A stretch of 64,000 nt of DNA, from contig CM052816.1 in NCBI GenBank assembly GCA_028534125.1, positions 96,660,001 through 96,724,000 of the forward strand, in the 5' to 3' direction. A program made the position numbers and the translations under genes. This document shows, in pieces, positions 50,700 to 63,400 of this stretch (its first letter is position 1; every line of letters begins with the position of its first letter). The notes under the pieces are model-generated. The model searched no databases. It had not been told where the DNA came from and saw only the letters and a list, made by a program, of their open reading frames with translations. Origin of the DNA: Lama glama (Eukaryota).

Positions 50700-52130
50700 T
50701 CCTTCCCTCTTGAATTGTCTTGGCACTTCTATCAAAAATCAATTGACCATAAATGTGGGGGGTTAATTCTAGACTCTCAATTATGTCCATTGATCTATAT
50801 GTCTATTCTTATTCTAATACCACATTGTCTTGATTACTATAGCTTTATAGTAAGCTTTTAAAGTGGAAAATGTGAGTCCTTCAACTTTGTTCCTTTCAAG
50901 CCTTCTTTGTATTTCCATATGAATTTTAGGATATGCTTGTCAGTTTCTATAAAAATGCCAGCTGGAGGATTTCAAAATTGTAGAATAGATAAACAAGATT
51001 ACACTGTATAGCACAGGGAAATATACACAAAATGTTATGATAACTCACAGAGAAAAAAATGTGACAATGAGTGTGTATATGTCCATGAATGACTGAAAAA
51101 TTGTGCTGAACACTGGAATTTGACACAACGTTGTAAAATGACTATAAATCAATTAAAAAATGTTTAAAAAAACTGTACTTTAACAAATTAAAAAAAAATG
51201 CCAGCTGGGATTTTGGTAAGAATTACATTGAATCCCTAGATCAATTTGGGAAGTATTGCCATCTTAACATTATTAAGACTTCTGATCCATGAACATGGGA
51301 TATCTTTCCATTTATTTAGGTCTTCTTTGTTTCAACAGTATTTTCTAATTTTTAGAGTATAACATTTACATTCCTTTTATTAAATTTGTTTCTAAGAATT
51401 TTATTTTTGATGTTATTATCAATGAAAATTTTTCTCAATTTCTTATTTAGATGGTTCCTTGCAAGTATATAGAAATACAGTTGTGAGCTTATATATCATA
51501 ACCATGCTGAACTCTTTTATTAGTTCTAATAGTTTTTTTTAGCAAATTCCTTGGGATTTTTCATATATAAGGTCCTGCTATCTGTAAATAAAGGTAATAT
51601 TTCTTCTTTCTTTCCCATTTGTATAACTTTTATTTAATATTCTTGCCTAACTGCCCTGCTAGACCTCCAATACAATGTTGAATAGAAATAATGAGAGTAG
51701 ACATGCTTGTCTTGTTCCTGATATTATGAGGAAAGTATCAGTCTTTCACCATTAAGCCTGACATTATTTAATTTTAGTCTTTTTTTAAAATATACTCTTT
51801 ATCAGATTAAGGAAGTTTCTCTCTGTTTCTAATTTGCCAAGTGTTTTCATCATGAAGGGCTGTTGGATTTTGTCAAATAATTTTTTCTGTATAAATTGAC
51901 ATGCTTGTTTCTTTGTCTCTATTAATATGGCATATTACAGTAATTAATTTTTAGATGTTATATCTACCTTGCATTCCTCAGATGAATCACACTTGGTCAT
52001 GGTGTATAGTCCTTTTTAGATGTCACTGCATTTGGTTTGCTGGCATTTTGCTGAGGATTTTTGTGTCTACATTCATAAGAGGTATTTGTCTGTAGTTTTC
52101 TTCAGATGTCTTTGGTTTTGGTCTCAGCTA
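50700..52130 (-). mobile_element. L1M (L1MA/MB-like) ORF2 fragment
   Basis: T-rich reverse-strand ORF2 (AAAATCAATTGACCATAAATGTG, TCAATTTGGGAAGTATTGCCATCTTAAC, ACCTCCAATACAATGTTGAATAGAA, TTGCTGAGGATTTTTGTGTCTA). Confidence 0.88.
50966..51193 (+). mobile_element. Young camelid-type L1 3' end inserted in the older L1
   Basis: GGATTTCAAAATTGTAGAATAGATAAACAAGATT..GACTATAAATCAATTAAAAAA with an A tail and a perfect 15-bp TSD AAAAATGCCAGCTGG (50951-50965, 51194-51208). Closely similar to 58400-58739. Confidence 0.9.
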
Positions 52131-52489
52131 TCATTTCTTTCTAAATAAACCTACATGGAGGAGATGGGAGTTGAGGATTCCCTTAAATAACAAAAGAAAG
52201 AAATTTGATAGACCCAGGAATGGAAGAGTGATGTGTAACTATTAATGTTATTGTTCCCACTTGAAATTTGATAGAATAAGCAAGTCTTCTTCAAATCATC
52301 AAGGATTAGTTAATACATTTGCAGTTTCCTTTCCACTAGGATGCCTACAGTAAAGTGTGATTTGGAAAAACAGCTTTATAGTGGTGCAGTGATTAACAGT
52401 GGCCAAATCTAAAACTAAACCTTTCCTGGGCATGTGGAAAACAATATTTTTCTCTTGGATATATATCATCACAAGAATTCATATATTTT

Positions 52490-52575
52490 CCCTTCCCCCC
52501 TTTTTTCTTCCTCCCTTTCTCCTTTTTTCTTTCTCTTTTCTTTCTTTCTTCCTTCCTATCTTTCTTTCTTCTCAG
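52490..52575. repeat. CT-rich low-complexity polypyrimidine tract
   Basis: CCCTTCCCCCCTTTTTTCTTCCTCCCTTTCTCC...CTTTCTTTCTTCTC read directly. Confidence 0.85.
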
Positions 52576-55029
52576 TTAAAAAAAAATAGGAGCAGAATAA
52601 TCCACAGTAATATAATAAACCGACCATTTTTAAAGTTGGTTTATAATACTTTTATTCTTTTTGAAACCATGTAATTATTAGCCAAAATATATTTTACACA
52701 ATTTCTATCTTACTATTTTTAAATGGATTTATCCTTACTAAAAGGCATTGCTGAGGATCTTATTGTATAATCCTATAATTGTCACAAACATTATTAGCAG
52801 ATTAGCTGTCCTTAGGATGAGTACAGCTAATGTCTCTGAGAGCAGCTGTGCAATGAGAAGCACTGTTCATATATGATTCTCTCAGATTTACCCTTTAGAT
52901 TAAGTAAGTACCTCCTCAGAGAAGCTGAGGGCATGAACTTTGCTAATGAGATGTTTATGGGAAATCAATGCAGTCTTTACTTAACCAACTACCCAAAAAT
53001 AAGAATACCTGACATTATAATTATGAAGGAACTTATCCCTGGAGACCAAATAAAAATCAATATGAAGAAAAAGTATTTTTCATTTTTCTATGTTGGCCAA
53101 CCCTCGTAAGTGCTAAGTAACTGCTGGATAGTCGGGATGGGTAGAAAGGGGTTGTTCGTCCATCTCTCATCCGTCATTGTCATCATCACTGGCATTATTT
53201 CAGCTAACCCATGGTAGGGGAAAAAAACTTGATATTTAAGTGCGTTCAGTGCACACTTTAGATTTCTGAAGCCTGCGAAACCTAAAATATGCTTAACATT
53301 TGGGGACAATTTTAAAATTAAAACAATGTTCAGATAATAGTCCTAATTACTTGCTTTGAGTCCAAATCCTGAGCCCCAGAAGGATATAATAAAACTAATT
53401 AAATACATAATCCTTTCAGAACTAAAATTGAGAAAGAGGAAAAGAAAATTGGGGTAAGAAAGTAGGTTTGTTTCTTGAACCAGAAAATATGTGTAAACAT
53501 TTCTACATTTTGAGGATAAGATACTGAGTCTTGCCTGTAATCAGTAGGAGGCACTTTAATACTGATTTGAGCCCAGAAAAAGTTGGTTTAAATTATCTCA
53601 CAAATAAGTTTAAAGGCTTTTATATACAATATTTTTCATGTAATTTTGTCAATGTTAAAATCTCTAATAATTAATTATTTGAATGCTTAAATATCTTTCT
53701 AGAACTTTGGGAAAAAAACTATGATCCTGAGTATTATGAGTAGTCCCTAACCTTAATTAGTGAGATTTAGAGCTTCATTTTGAGACTCACTAATATGAAC
53801 ATTTAATTAATTTTAAAGTCTGACGACCATAGCAAAGGAACACTGGCTTAAAGTGAAAAAAAAGAAAGCCAACCACGGAGGCCTTGGCTTGTCTTCGGTA
53901 AACTAGATCTTTAAAGCAATCTTCATAGTGAGCTGCTGCTCTTTGAGTTAAACTACAGTTTTCTCCTTTCAGTTAAAAATGTGTTGATTACACAGTGTTG
54001 GCTTTTAAAAAATATTTGTGGGAAGCCTTAACTCGTTAAAAGCCTGTTGTCCTGGTATTTATTGAACTGCTGACCTGTGATGATTCACCTGCAGCTTGGC
54101 TTTAAGACCCTCTAACTTTCAAAGCTAGGGTCCCTTAACCTATACCTTTGGACCCTCAGATTCTGGGGCCTTCCTGCCTTGAGCACCGAGTGTTCCAGGA
54201 ACATGAGGGCTTGGGCCCAGTGCCAGCTCATCTTGCCCTGGCTGGGCTCTGACCTCTCACCCAGTTTTAGTGCCTAGGCCTTTGACATCTTCTCTGGTGA
54301 TCTGTGATCCAGTCTTTTCTCCAGCGTTTGGCCATGAAATCCTCCTCCTTCTCACCAGCATCATGGGAATGACTTAAGCACAATAAATGCTTCCTGTAGT
54401 CTAGAAACTGTGATAAGCACTTTTCATGAAGTAGCTCCTAGGGTTTAATAAAATGACAGATGGTCAACATGTCTCAAAGCTTCTTCATCACTGACCTTAA
54501 TAGCATCTTTGATAATGTGTACTAAAATCAATAACCTCTAATTGTTGGTCAAAGAACTATCCTAGACCATTTGTGTTAGATTCACCTAGAATTTGTGTTC
54601 ATGATGTTGTTCCCCAAGACCCAGAGCAAAGCTCTTAAATCCCAGTCTCAGGGGTTGGACTTGGAATTTGTATTTTAGCAATTTCCCTGAGTAACCATTA
54701 CAGTCATTAAACTTTGAGAACTAGTCTGCTTAGTATAGATCTCCCATCATGTCTATTGTTTTCAAATTTCTTCTCCCATATCCACCTCACTTCAGATTTT
54801 CACCTCTCTGGTAACTTTCAGTTGAATGGGCACTAAGAAGGGTATACAGAAATTCATGAGCAACTTGTGTACCCTGGACACCTCAAGTTGTCAAAAATAA
54901 GTGATGGAATTTTAATGTGATTATTCTTGTGCTATTCCTTAGTAATAACCAGGAAGTTTGAAAGATAAATATTCTGGCCTGAGCTTAACGATTGACTTCT
55001 GAGGCATACTTTTAGAATTTTGAAATCTT

Positions 55030-55700
55030 CGTGTATTAATTCAGTAAACCTTCACTGACAGTCTGCCATGTGCTGAGAAAATAAAGGAATCATGAATGAA
55101 TAAGACTCAGTGCTTGACCTCCAGGAAAGCCCACACCATATAACCAAAGACAAACACTTTCCCTACAGTCTGACACAATGCACTATTTTAGCTGAAGAAA
55201 GAATAACCTCCAGTGAGCCCAGAGACCTGGGAACACTGAACTGCCCTGGGAGAGTCAGGAACACCCACAGTGGAGAGGCCTGGGGGCTGGCTCTTAGAAG
55301 ATATGGGGATGGTTTCCTGGTGGAGAAGGTTTGGAAGGATCTTCCTCGGAGAAGGTGCAAACTGTGCAAAACGTAACTCTAGAAATGCATGGGATGTTCT
55401 GGAAAGGATGAGAAATTTAAGTTAGCTAGAGTTGTGAGTGGAGAGGTATATGAAGCTGAAAGGTAAGATGGGTCAGGATGAAAATTTTATTCTAACAAAT
55501 GAATTCAGGAGTTCTGCTGCGTGGACAGATTTGGGCTGAGGAGAGGTACTGGGCTCAGTTTTGGATATGTTGAGTTCCAGTGACAGGTGGTAGGTCTGAA
55601 AGTTGGTTGGAAATCCTTCTCTGAAGCCAGAGGGAAAGGTTTCACTCAGTAACAGAGACCTCAGGTTGGCTTTGAAATCATAGGAGTGAATGAGATCATA
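55030..55700 (-). mobile_element. L2 LINE fragments
   Basis: ATTCAGTAAACCTTCACTGACAGTCTGCCATGTGC..ATGAATGAAATAAGAC..TCAGTTTTGGATATGTTGAGTT..GGAGTGAATGAGATCA. Confidence 0.6.
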
Positions 55701-57554
55701 CCTGAAAAAAAAACATGTGAAAACTCAAGCTACCAAATAGCTTGGAATCTCAGCCACTAGTTCATAATTAGTATAATATAGCATTTCAGAAAAATGACAA
55801 ATTAGTTTTCTTATTCCATTGAGTAGACAGCTCCCTTTTTTCCTTTTAAATTAATGTAGTGTAAAAGTGCTTCACATAGATTTTTCTCAACCACTCCAGC
55901 TCACACTAATGGGACCAGACACAGTATAAATTTCACCACTGGGGTGAGAAGGTAATTTAGACTCTGTATTCCTGCCTGGTAACTGTCAGAGAAGGGCTGC
56001 CAACTTTGCCAATGGGGCGGCTGCTTTGTAATTTAGGTACAATAAATCTGAGGCAAGTAATTTCCCTTCAGAACCTTGAATTGCCTCCTTAGCAGAATGA
56101 TTTTCAGTCTGGTTGGAGTTACATCTAAGCCACGGGCCTAGATGAGGCTTAGAAAGGATACCCAGAGGACTCTGTTGATTGCACTCTTGTTTTAAATACA
56201 ATTTGGTTTCCATTCACAGGAAATGTAGTGGCAAATTTCTTTTAAGCTATCAGCTTATGATTTAGAGTACTTAAAGGAGTGTTTTGTTTCATTTTGTTTT
56301 TCAATGAGGCAGTAGTGGTGGTTATAATAGAGCCGTCATCTCCCCCTCTGCTTTATTTGTGGCCAGTACTGACAGAGGCAGGAAACTTGCTCATTTTAGA
56401 CAGAACTTGAGTAGGGCTTATAATATATAAACTAAAATTAGTGATGAAATAATAATATCGAATTCTTACATAATAATCCCTGCCTGCTAGGCACTGTCCA
56501 AGCCTCCTGTGTAGCTAAGCTCACTGCAAGGCCCCAGCCCATGAGCTGAGCCCCCGGGTGAGGGAGACCCAGAGATAAGCATGACCTGGAGACAGGAGTC
56601 TAACACACAGAGTCCACACACAGAACCATGCATGTGCTCTTGTGCTCTGCTTGAGCATGTGCTGTGTGTCAGGCACTGCTGTAGATGCCAGTGAGATCCC
56701 AGGAAGTAAAGACGGCTGCTCCCCCCAGCACCTGACTCCCTGGAACGTATATGCCGAGGGTGAGGATACAGGAATATGGTTTAAATTAATACTTTGGGAT
56801 AAAAGAATGTTGCATATAATTTATGACTAGGATATTTAAGCTGGCTAACTTATCCTTTTTGAGAAAAAAAATAAGCCATTAGTTGAATGTGATGAACAGA
56901 GTTAATTAAAATCTCCTTTTTGTGCATACACTAGCCAAGAAGGTCCATTTTCTTCTTTTAATTCCCCTTTACTATATAAATGTGTTGTTGAGCTCCCCCT
57001 GCCAAGACCAGTTTAATTCATTTGTTCAGTTATAACTTAAGAGAAAGAACTTTCAAAACATATTAGCTGTCTATTACTTTGGAGTAATGACCAGCTGAAT
57101 TGATAAACTTTGTAGAATGATCTGTTGCTATGGCAACATGCTACCTAGTGAGTGGAAGAGTATATTTCATCATTATCTCACTGATAAGGTTTGGAAAGAT
57201 AACAGATGCGAATACAAAAGGTTTCCTTTAACTCTGTAGCAACTCTGGGTCCATGAGACAAATGCTTAAAGTGTCTCTCGGATACAGCAGAGTGGAATCA
57301 AACGGAGACACACGGAATCCCTATCCAGGCCCTACACAATCTGAAATAAAGTAATTTAGCTTTCTGAGTTAGCAGTCTCAGTCTCCACAATGAATCTCTG
57401 CCTTGCTGAAAGTAGCCATTGTTAGAGGGGCTGTTTATTCAAAAGCAGGTACAATTTCTGCACAGTATTCAGTACACAGAAAGCTAAAATGTTCCCTTAA
57501 ACTACAACAAAAGTAAAAGGAGAAATAAAAAGAGAAAAAAAGTCAAAATTTTTT

Positions 57555-58280
57555 GATCTCTCATGCACTGGTGGTGGGAATATAAAATTGGATAGTCACA
57601 CTAGATAATAATTTGGCCATTTCTAACTAAACTAAACACAGCCCATCTGTTTCACTCTTGGACCTGTATCCCAGGGAAATGAAGACATGTCCACATAAAA
57701 CATGTAAATGACTGTTCATAGCAGTTTAATTTGTAATAGCCAAAAGCTGAAAACAACAGTAAATGCCCCACCATAGGTGAATGACTGAGCAAACCTCGGC
57801 ACCTCCATCCCAGGGAATACCAATCAGCAACATGCAGTAATGAACCATTAATACGGGAACAGCTTGCATGGATGACCAGGGCATCATGCTGAGTGGAAAG
57901 GCCAAGCACAAAAGGTTCCATGCTGTATGAGTCCATTTATAAAGCATTCTCAAAATCACAAACTTATCAAGATGGAAAATAGATCAGTGGTTACCATCAA
58001 ATAGGGATGGAGGAAGAGAGGAAGGTGACACAAAGGAAATATTTGTGGTGATAGAATGATTCTGTGTCTTGGTAACAGTTACATAAAACTACACAAATGA
58101 CAATAATTATATAGAACTATGTACACACATTGTATCAATGGGATCTTGGATTTTATATTGTACTAAAATTATGTAACAAGTAACCATTGGAGGGAAACTA
58201 GGTGAAGGGTACTCTTACACTCTCTTTGCAGCTTTTTGTAAATTTATAGTGCTTTGAAATAAGAAATTTCTAAAAATAAA
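57555..58280 (+). mobile_element. Old L1 (L1MC-like) 3' end
   Basis: TGGTGGGAATATAAAATTGG..AATGAAGACATGTCCACATAAA..TTGTAATAGCCAAAAGCTG..GTAACCATTGGAGGGAAACTAGGTGAAGGGTAC. Confidence 0.82.
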
Positions 58281-58399
58281 GCAAATAGGTTTGGAAGGTT
58301 GGCCTTTTTTTTTTTTTAAATTTCAAAAACTGTGAAATAGAAGCTACTCTTCAAAAGAAAAGTAGGGACTAGCTTGATCTATAGTAAAGAATCAAACTC

Positions 58400-58739
58400 C
58401 AGAAAGAGAAAGAAAAATATCATATGAGATCGCTCATATATGGAATTTAAAAAAAAATACAAAACAGAAACAGACTCATAGACATAGAATACAAACTTGT
58501 GGTTGCCAAGGGGGCGGAGGGTGGGAAGGGACAGACTGGGATTTCAAAATGTAGAATAGATAAACAAGATTATACTGTATAGCACAGGGAAATACATACA
58601 AGATCTTATGGTAGCTCCCAGCGAAAAAAAATGTGACAATGAATATATATATGTTCATATATAACTGAAAAATTGTATTCTACACTGGAATTTGACACAT
58701 TATAAAATGACTATAACTCAATAAAAAATGTTTAAAAAA
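58400..58739 (+). mobile_element. Young camelid-type L1 3' end
   Basis: GAAAGAAAAATATCATATGAGATCGCTCATATATGGAAT..GGGATTTCAAAATGTAGAATAGATAAACAAG..CTCAATAAAAAA plus an A tail, with a perfect 14-bp TSD AAAGAATCAAACTC (58386-58399, 58740-58753). Confidence 0.9.
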
Positions 58740-59257
58740 AAAGAATCAAACTCTACAAAGCAAACAAACAAAAGACAGAAAGAAAGAACCTTCTCTAATG
58801 GTTATGATTGCTTTGCCGCAATCCCGAAGCTTCTACAATGACCCGACAATAATTGCATTCACTCTCACAGGACATCTGTCACTTGCCTTTGAGCAAATTG
58901 ACATTAGGTGATGCCAATGGCCAGGTGAGGAGTTATGGACCAGGTTCCAGTTCCAGACCTGCACTCACTGACCGGGTAAATGCAATCCATTAGTTAACCT
59001 TTGAGGACCGCATCATCTTACCTGCAATAGGAGCTCTGGTGCAGGAATGATCAAACATTTATGGAGCTGGAACCTTTTGTTCAAGGGAAATCTTATGACA
59101 AGTTTCAATATGTGAAATGCAGTCAAATGAAACTTGTCTTGTAGCTTGTATATACTTCAATTGTTTGGTTGGGAGGCGAGTGCCCAGTTTTCCAGGGCAG
59201 CATTGAGACACCTCTGTACATCCCCAAGGCTAGGTCTTCATTGACTAAAACCATAGA

Positions 59258-59541
59258 CACTGGTCACAAGGCTATTGAGCACTAGAAATGTGGCTAATTT
59301 GAACTGAGATGCTCTGTTAAAGTACAAAGTGCATCAGATTTCATAGATAGTAAGAAAGAACTATCTCATTACTTATTTTTTCATAATCATATGTTCAAAT
59401 GCTGTTTTGTTATACATTGGGTTAAATAAAATTTAGAATTAAAATTAATTTCACCTATTTATTTTTTACTTTTCTAAATGGCTACTGGAAAATTCAAAAC
59501 TACTTATGTAGTTTTTTAATGTTTCCATTGGGCAGCGCTGG
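59258..59541 (+). mobile_element. hAT-Charlie MITE (MER3/MER33-like)
   Basis: GGCTATTGAGCACTAGAAATGTGGCTA..ACTGAGATG..GGTTAAATAAAA..CCATTGGGCAGCGCTG terminal sequence. Confidence 0.75.
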
Positions 59542-60554
59542 TCTAGAGAACCTGGCAGCTCCCACCCCAGTCATTAGTGCCTGAAAGTTTTGTGGGGACT
59601 TTAGTCATTGTTGCTGCTTCCTCAGGTCCCACGTGCAAGTCACTTTGCTCCCATGAAATGCATTAGGAATTTTCCTGTCAGCTTTATTTACTACTACACT
59701 CTGCCCTAAGAACATCATTTCATTTAAACCCAAATACTCTTTTTTATTTCCTGCTGAAAAGCACATTTTTTTCCCAGTTACTCTTCTCATAGGGTGCTTA
59801 GTAACTCATTTGTTGTAGGACATGCACATATTTCCCTGCGGGGCGGAGGCTGTGGAGGAAGTTTCGGTGTTTCACATGTCATTGCTTGTGGCTGGAATCC
59901 TTTAGGGGAATTTCTTCATGTCATTTTCTGTTTGCACTCCATTTTTTGATAAGACTTGTGCAAATATTTCTTCCCCAGCAGTCACTTTCAAAATTGAATT
60001 TACTGCTACTTCACGTGATGATGTGAAGACGGTACCCCTGTAAGCCATCTTTATTGATGACCTTTGCTTTTCCCTTTGATCATTTTCCTAATGGCTGAGA
60101 TCATTGAGCTGAAATGGCTGTCTCTGTTTTTACGGTAATCCAATTCTACCTCCGCATTTCCTAGGCACCATCAGACTTGCTCCTGATCTTCCGTGACTTC
60201 ATTATTCACCAGCAAAAATCAATATTGTAAATTGTTTAGACCCACAGTCTGATGATTTATGCCCAGGAGAGCTCTCTTATCACAGGTAAACACGCAGTGA
60301 GGCCCTTTAATGGTTTCAGCATGAGTCTGGTGACAGTGCCCTTGTCTTTTAGGCAGTGTTTCTTCCTTGTTTTCTGAAACTATTATTTATTTGTGATATT
60401 TTTGTTTATTTCTGAGCACTTTTCCTTACTGCTTCATTTAAAATAGTAGGTATTATACTTCAGAAGAACATTTTAGATTTTATAATGTATTGGAGGGTGA
60501 TAAGCATAGAAATACAGATGATTTGACTGGATATGACATTTTCTTAAAAACCAA

Positions 60555-61315
60555 GCTCTGAAGATAGTTTGGCGGTTTCTTACAAAACTTGAACATACTC
60601 TTACCATATGATACAGCAGTTGTGTTCCTTGGTGTTTGCCCTGAGTTGAAAACTTAGGCTCATTCGAAAGCCTGAACACTGATGTTTATATGTTAGCTTT
60701 ATTCATAATTGCAAAACCTGGAGGCAACTGATATATCCTTCAGTAGGTGAATGGATAAATCAGCTGTGTGGTATATCCAGGCAATAAAATATCATTCAGT
60801 ACCAAAAGAAATGGGCTGTTAGCCATGAAAAGATGTGGAGGAATCTTAAATGCATGTTACTAAATGAAAAAACACCAGTCTAAAAAGGCTAACTACCGTA
60901 TGATTTTCAGGCACATGACATTCTGGAAAAGGGAAAGCTACGGAGAAATTTAAAAGATTAGGGACTGGGAGCGGGGAGGGATGAATAGGTGGAACATAAG
61001 GCATTTTAGGGCAGTGAAATTAACTCTGTGTAATACCAGAATGATGAATGTATGTCATTTTACATTTGTCCAAACCTACAGAATGCGACACCAAGAGTGA
61101 CTCTTAAGGTATACCATAAACTCTGGGTGATTATGATACGTCAATGTAGGTTGATGAACTGTAACAAATGAACCACTCTGGTGAGAGATGTTGATGACTG
61201 GGGAGGCTATGCATGTGTGGGGACAGTGGGTATGTGGGAAATTTCTGCACCTTCCTCTCAATCTTGCTGTAAACCTAAAACTGCTCCAAAAAATTAAAGT
61301 ACTAAAAATTAAAAA
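60555..61315 (+). mobile_element. L1MC1-like 3' end
   Basis: GTCCAAACCTACAGAATG..ACCAAGAGTGA..GTCAATGTAGGTT..GGGGAGGCTATGCATGTGTGGGG..TGCTGTAAACCTAAAACTGCTC. Confidence 0.85.
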
Positions 61316-61529
61316 GAACATTTGAAACAAAAAATTAGACTAGTACTCCTACATACATGAATGAGGGAGCCCTACCCGTCTTATTAAGAGATGTAGTTCA
61401 ATGATGTATTGCACTTTATGTGTAATAATCACAAAAGTTGTAACTTTTTTATGTCAAGTTTTTGCCTCATAATCACATGTTCTTGTATGCAGTGAATTGA
61501 AAGACTGAGTGTAGCATGGTTTTCTTTTT

Positions 61530-62340
61530 TTTAATTTTAAATTTTCTATTGTAAGATATTACAGAAATGCAGAGAACTGCACTTAAAAACATGTAACAAT
61601 GAATTATTCTGAATCAAACATTCTCACTTCTTTACTTTTCATCATCAGTTTGTTATGTAACTGTATATCCCTAAACTTGATAGGTTGGTTTTTCACATTC
61701 ACATTTTTTGAAGTAGTTTTATTGGGGTATAACAGCCATGCTGAAAACTGCTTCTATTTAAAGTGGGCAGTTTGGTATGTTTTGACACAGGTATGCACTG
61801 GGAAACCATCAACTCCATCATGACAATGACTGTTTCCTTATTTCAAATCCTCAACTGCAACTCTTTCCTCCCTCCCTTTCTACCTCTGTCACCCATCCAT
61901 CCAACTCTGCGCCCAGACAGCTACTGATCAGCTTTCTGACACTTTAGATTAGTTTGCATTTCATATGAATGGAATCACACAGTTTTACCTTGAAATGTGG
62001 TATTAATTGAGCCACTTCAGTAATCTTTTCATTAGTGTTAGCTTGTGTACCTTTTATCGATCACTTTAGTTTAACCTATTGCTGCCTTTATATTTAAAGT
62101 GAGTTGTGAAGTTTTGGGGTTTTTCTTTTTGTAAACAGCTTATACTTGAGTATTGCTTTTTAATCCAACCCTGGCAATTTATGCCTTTCTACTTGGTGTG
62201 TTTAAATCACTTATTTTAATGTGACTATTGATCTGATTATGTTTAATCTACCATACTACGTTTTGTCTTCTCTTTGCTACATCTATTCTTTGCTCCCTAT
62301 TTTCTCATTGTCTGCCTTATTTTGGATTGAGTAAATGATT
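61530..62340 (-). mobile_element. Old L1 (L1ME/MC-like) fragments
   Basis: CAGCTACTGATCAGCTTTCTGACACTTTAGATTAGTTTGCATTTCATATGAATGGAATCA and TATATTTAAAGTGAG..AAACAGCTTATACTTG. Confidence 0.6.
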
Positions 62341-62814
62341 TTCACAGGTACGGGCTACGTGGCAGGTGGGCCTGTGTAATTTCTAGCCCTGTCCGTTACA
62401 GGCCATGTACGTTCAGTTAATCTACGTACTCCCCAAGCCTCTGTTCACCTTTTTTCCCTCCTCACACTCTGAGAACTGAATAAAATGGTGTGTGTGGGTG
62501 TGCAAGTCTGTAGCCATGACAACTTCTTGATGCTTCAGTTTTGTCATATATAAAATTGGTTTACTTACCTCACAGAGCTGTGTAGGGGTTAAATAATTTA
62601 GGCAAGCATAACTCTTCACTCATCACCTTACTCACTGGATTGGGTCCATGACTCTTGACTATCGTTAATAAAAGCCTGTTCCTTCTTTGCTAAGAAAATG
62701 AGCATCTGCCTTAGCTCTTGCCACACACAGAGGAATGACAACTGTCATCACTATGACGTGCACACCACTTTTCTAATCTCTATGCATTGCTTTGGGCACC
62801 TCAGTTGCCATCGT

Positions 62815-63400
62815 TCTTCACAACACCCACAGGGAGTATGTTCATTGAGCCTGGTCCTCTACGGGGCATTGGGAATATGACAGTGGGTAAAAAACAGCAA
62901 ATGTTTTTTATCTTTAAGGAACTTATGCTCTGGTTTGGGAGACCATATGGTCTAGTTCAGGAAAGGTTAGTCCAATAACCACACCAATAAATATATAATT
63001 GCACCTGTAAGTGTTTCAGAAGATACGTTCAGGGAAATAACCCATTTGATGAGGGTGGAAATCAATAGACAAGATATGCCAGTAATTAAGACAGAAGGGA
63101 GTTTGTGGAGTAAGGGATGGTGAGTTGTGAAGGTTGGGGATTGTTGCAGATGTAGGGAATAGCACTTGGGAAGAAGGAAGGAACGTGCCTCTTTTGAGGA
63201 CCTTAACGATGATGGATGTGAATGAAGATTAAGAAATGGCAGGGAAAATGGAAGATGAGAGGAAAGAGAGAGTGATACAGAAGTCTGGAGTCTGGACTCT
63301 AGAGGATGTTAAAGGAGCGTCAGTCTTATCCTGAGAACCATGGGAAGCTTTTCAAGTGTTCTAGTCAAAGGCAGTGGTGTGGCTTGATTCAGCAGGAAGG
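62815..63400 (-). mobile_element. L2 LINE fragment
   Basis: Purine-rich reverse L2 (TTCATTGAGCCT..AAGGAACTTATGCTCTGG..TTATCCTGAGAACCATGGGAAGC). Confidence 0.5.
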
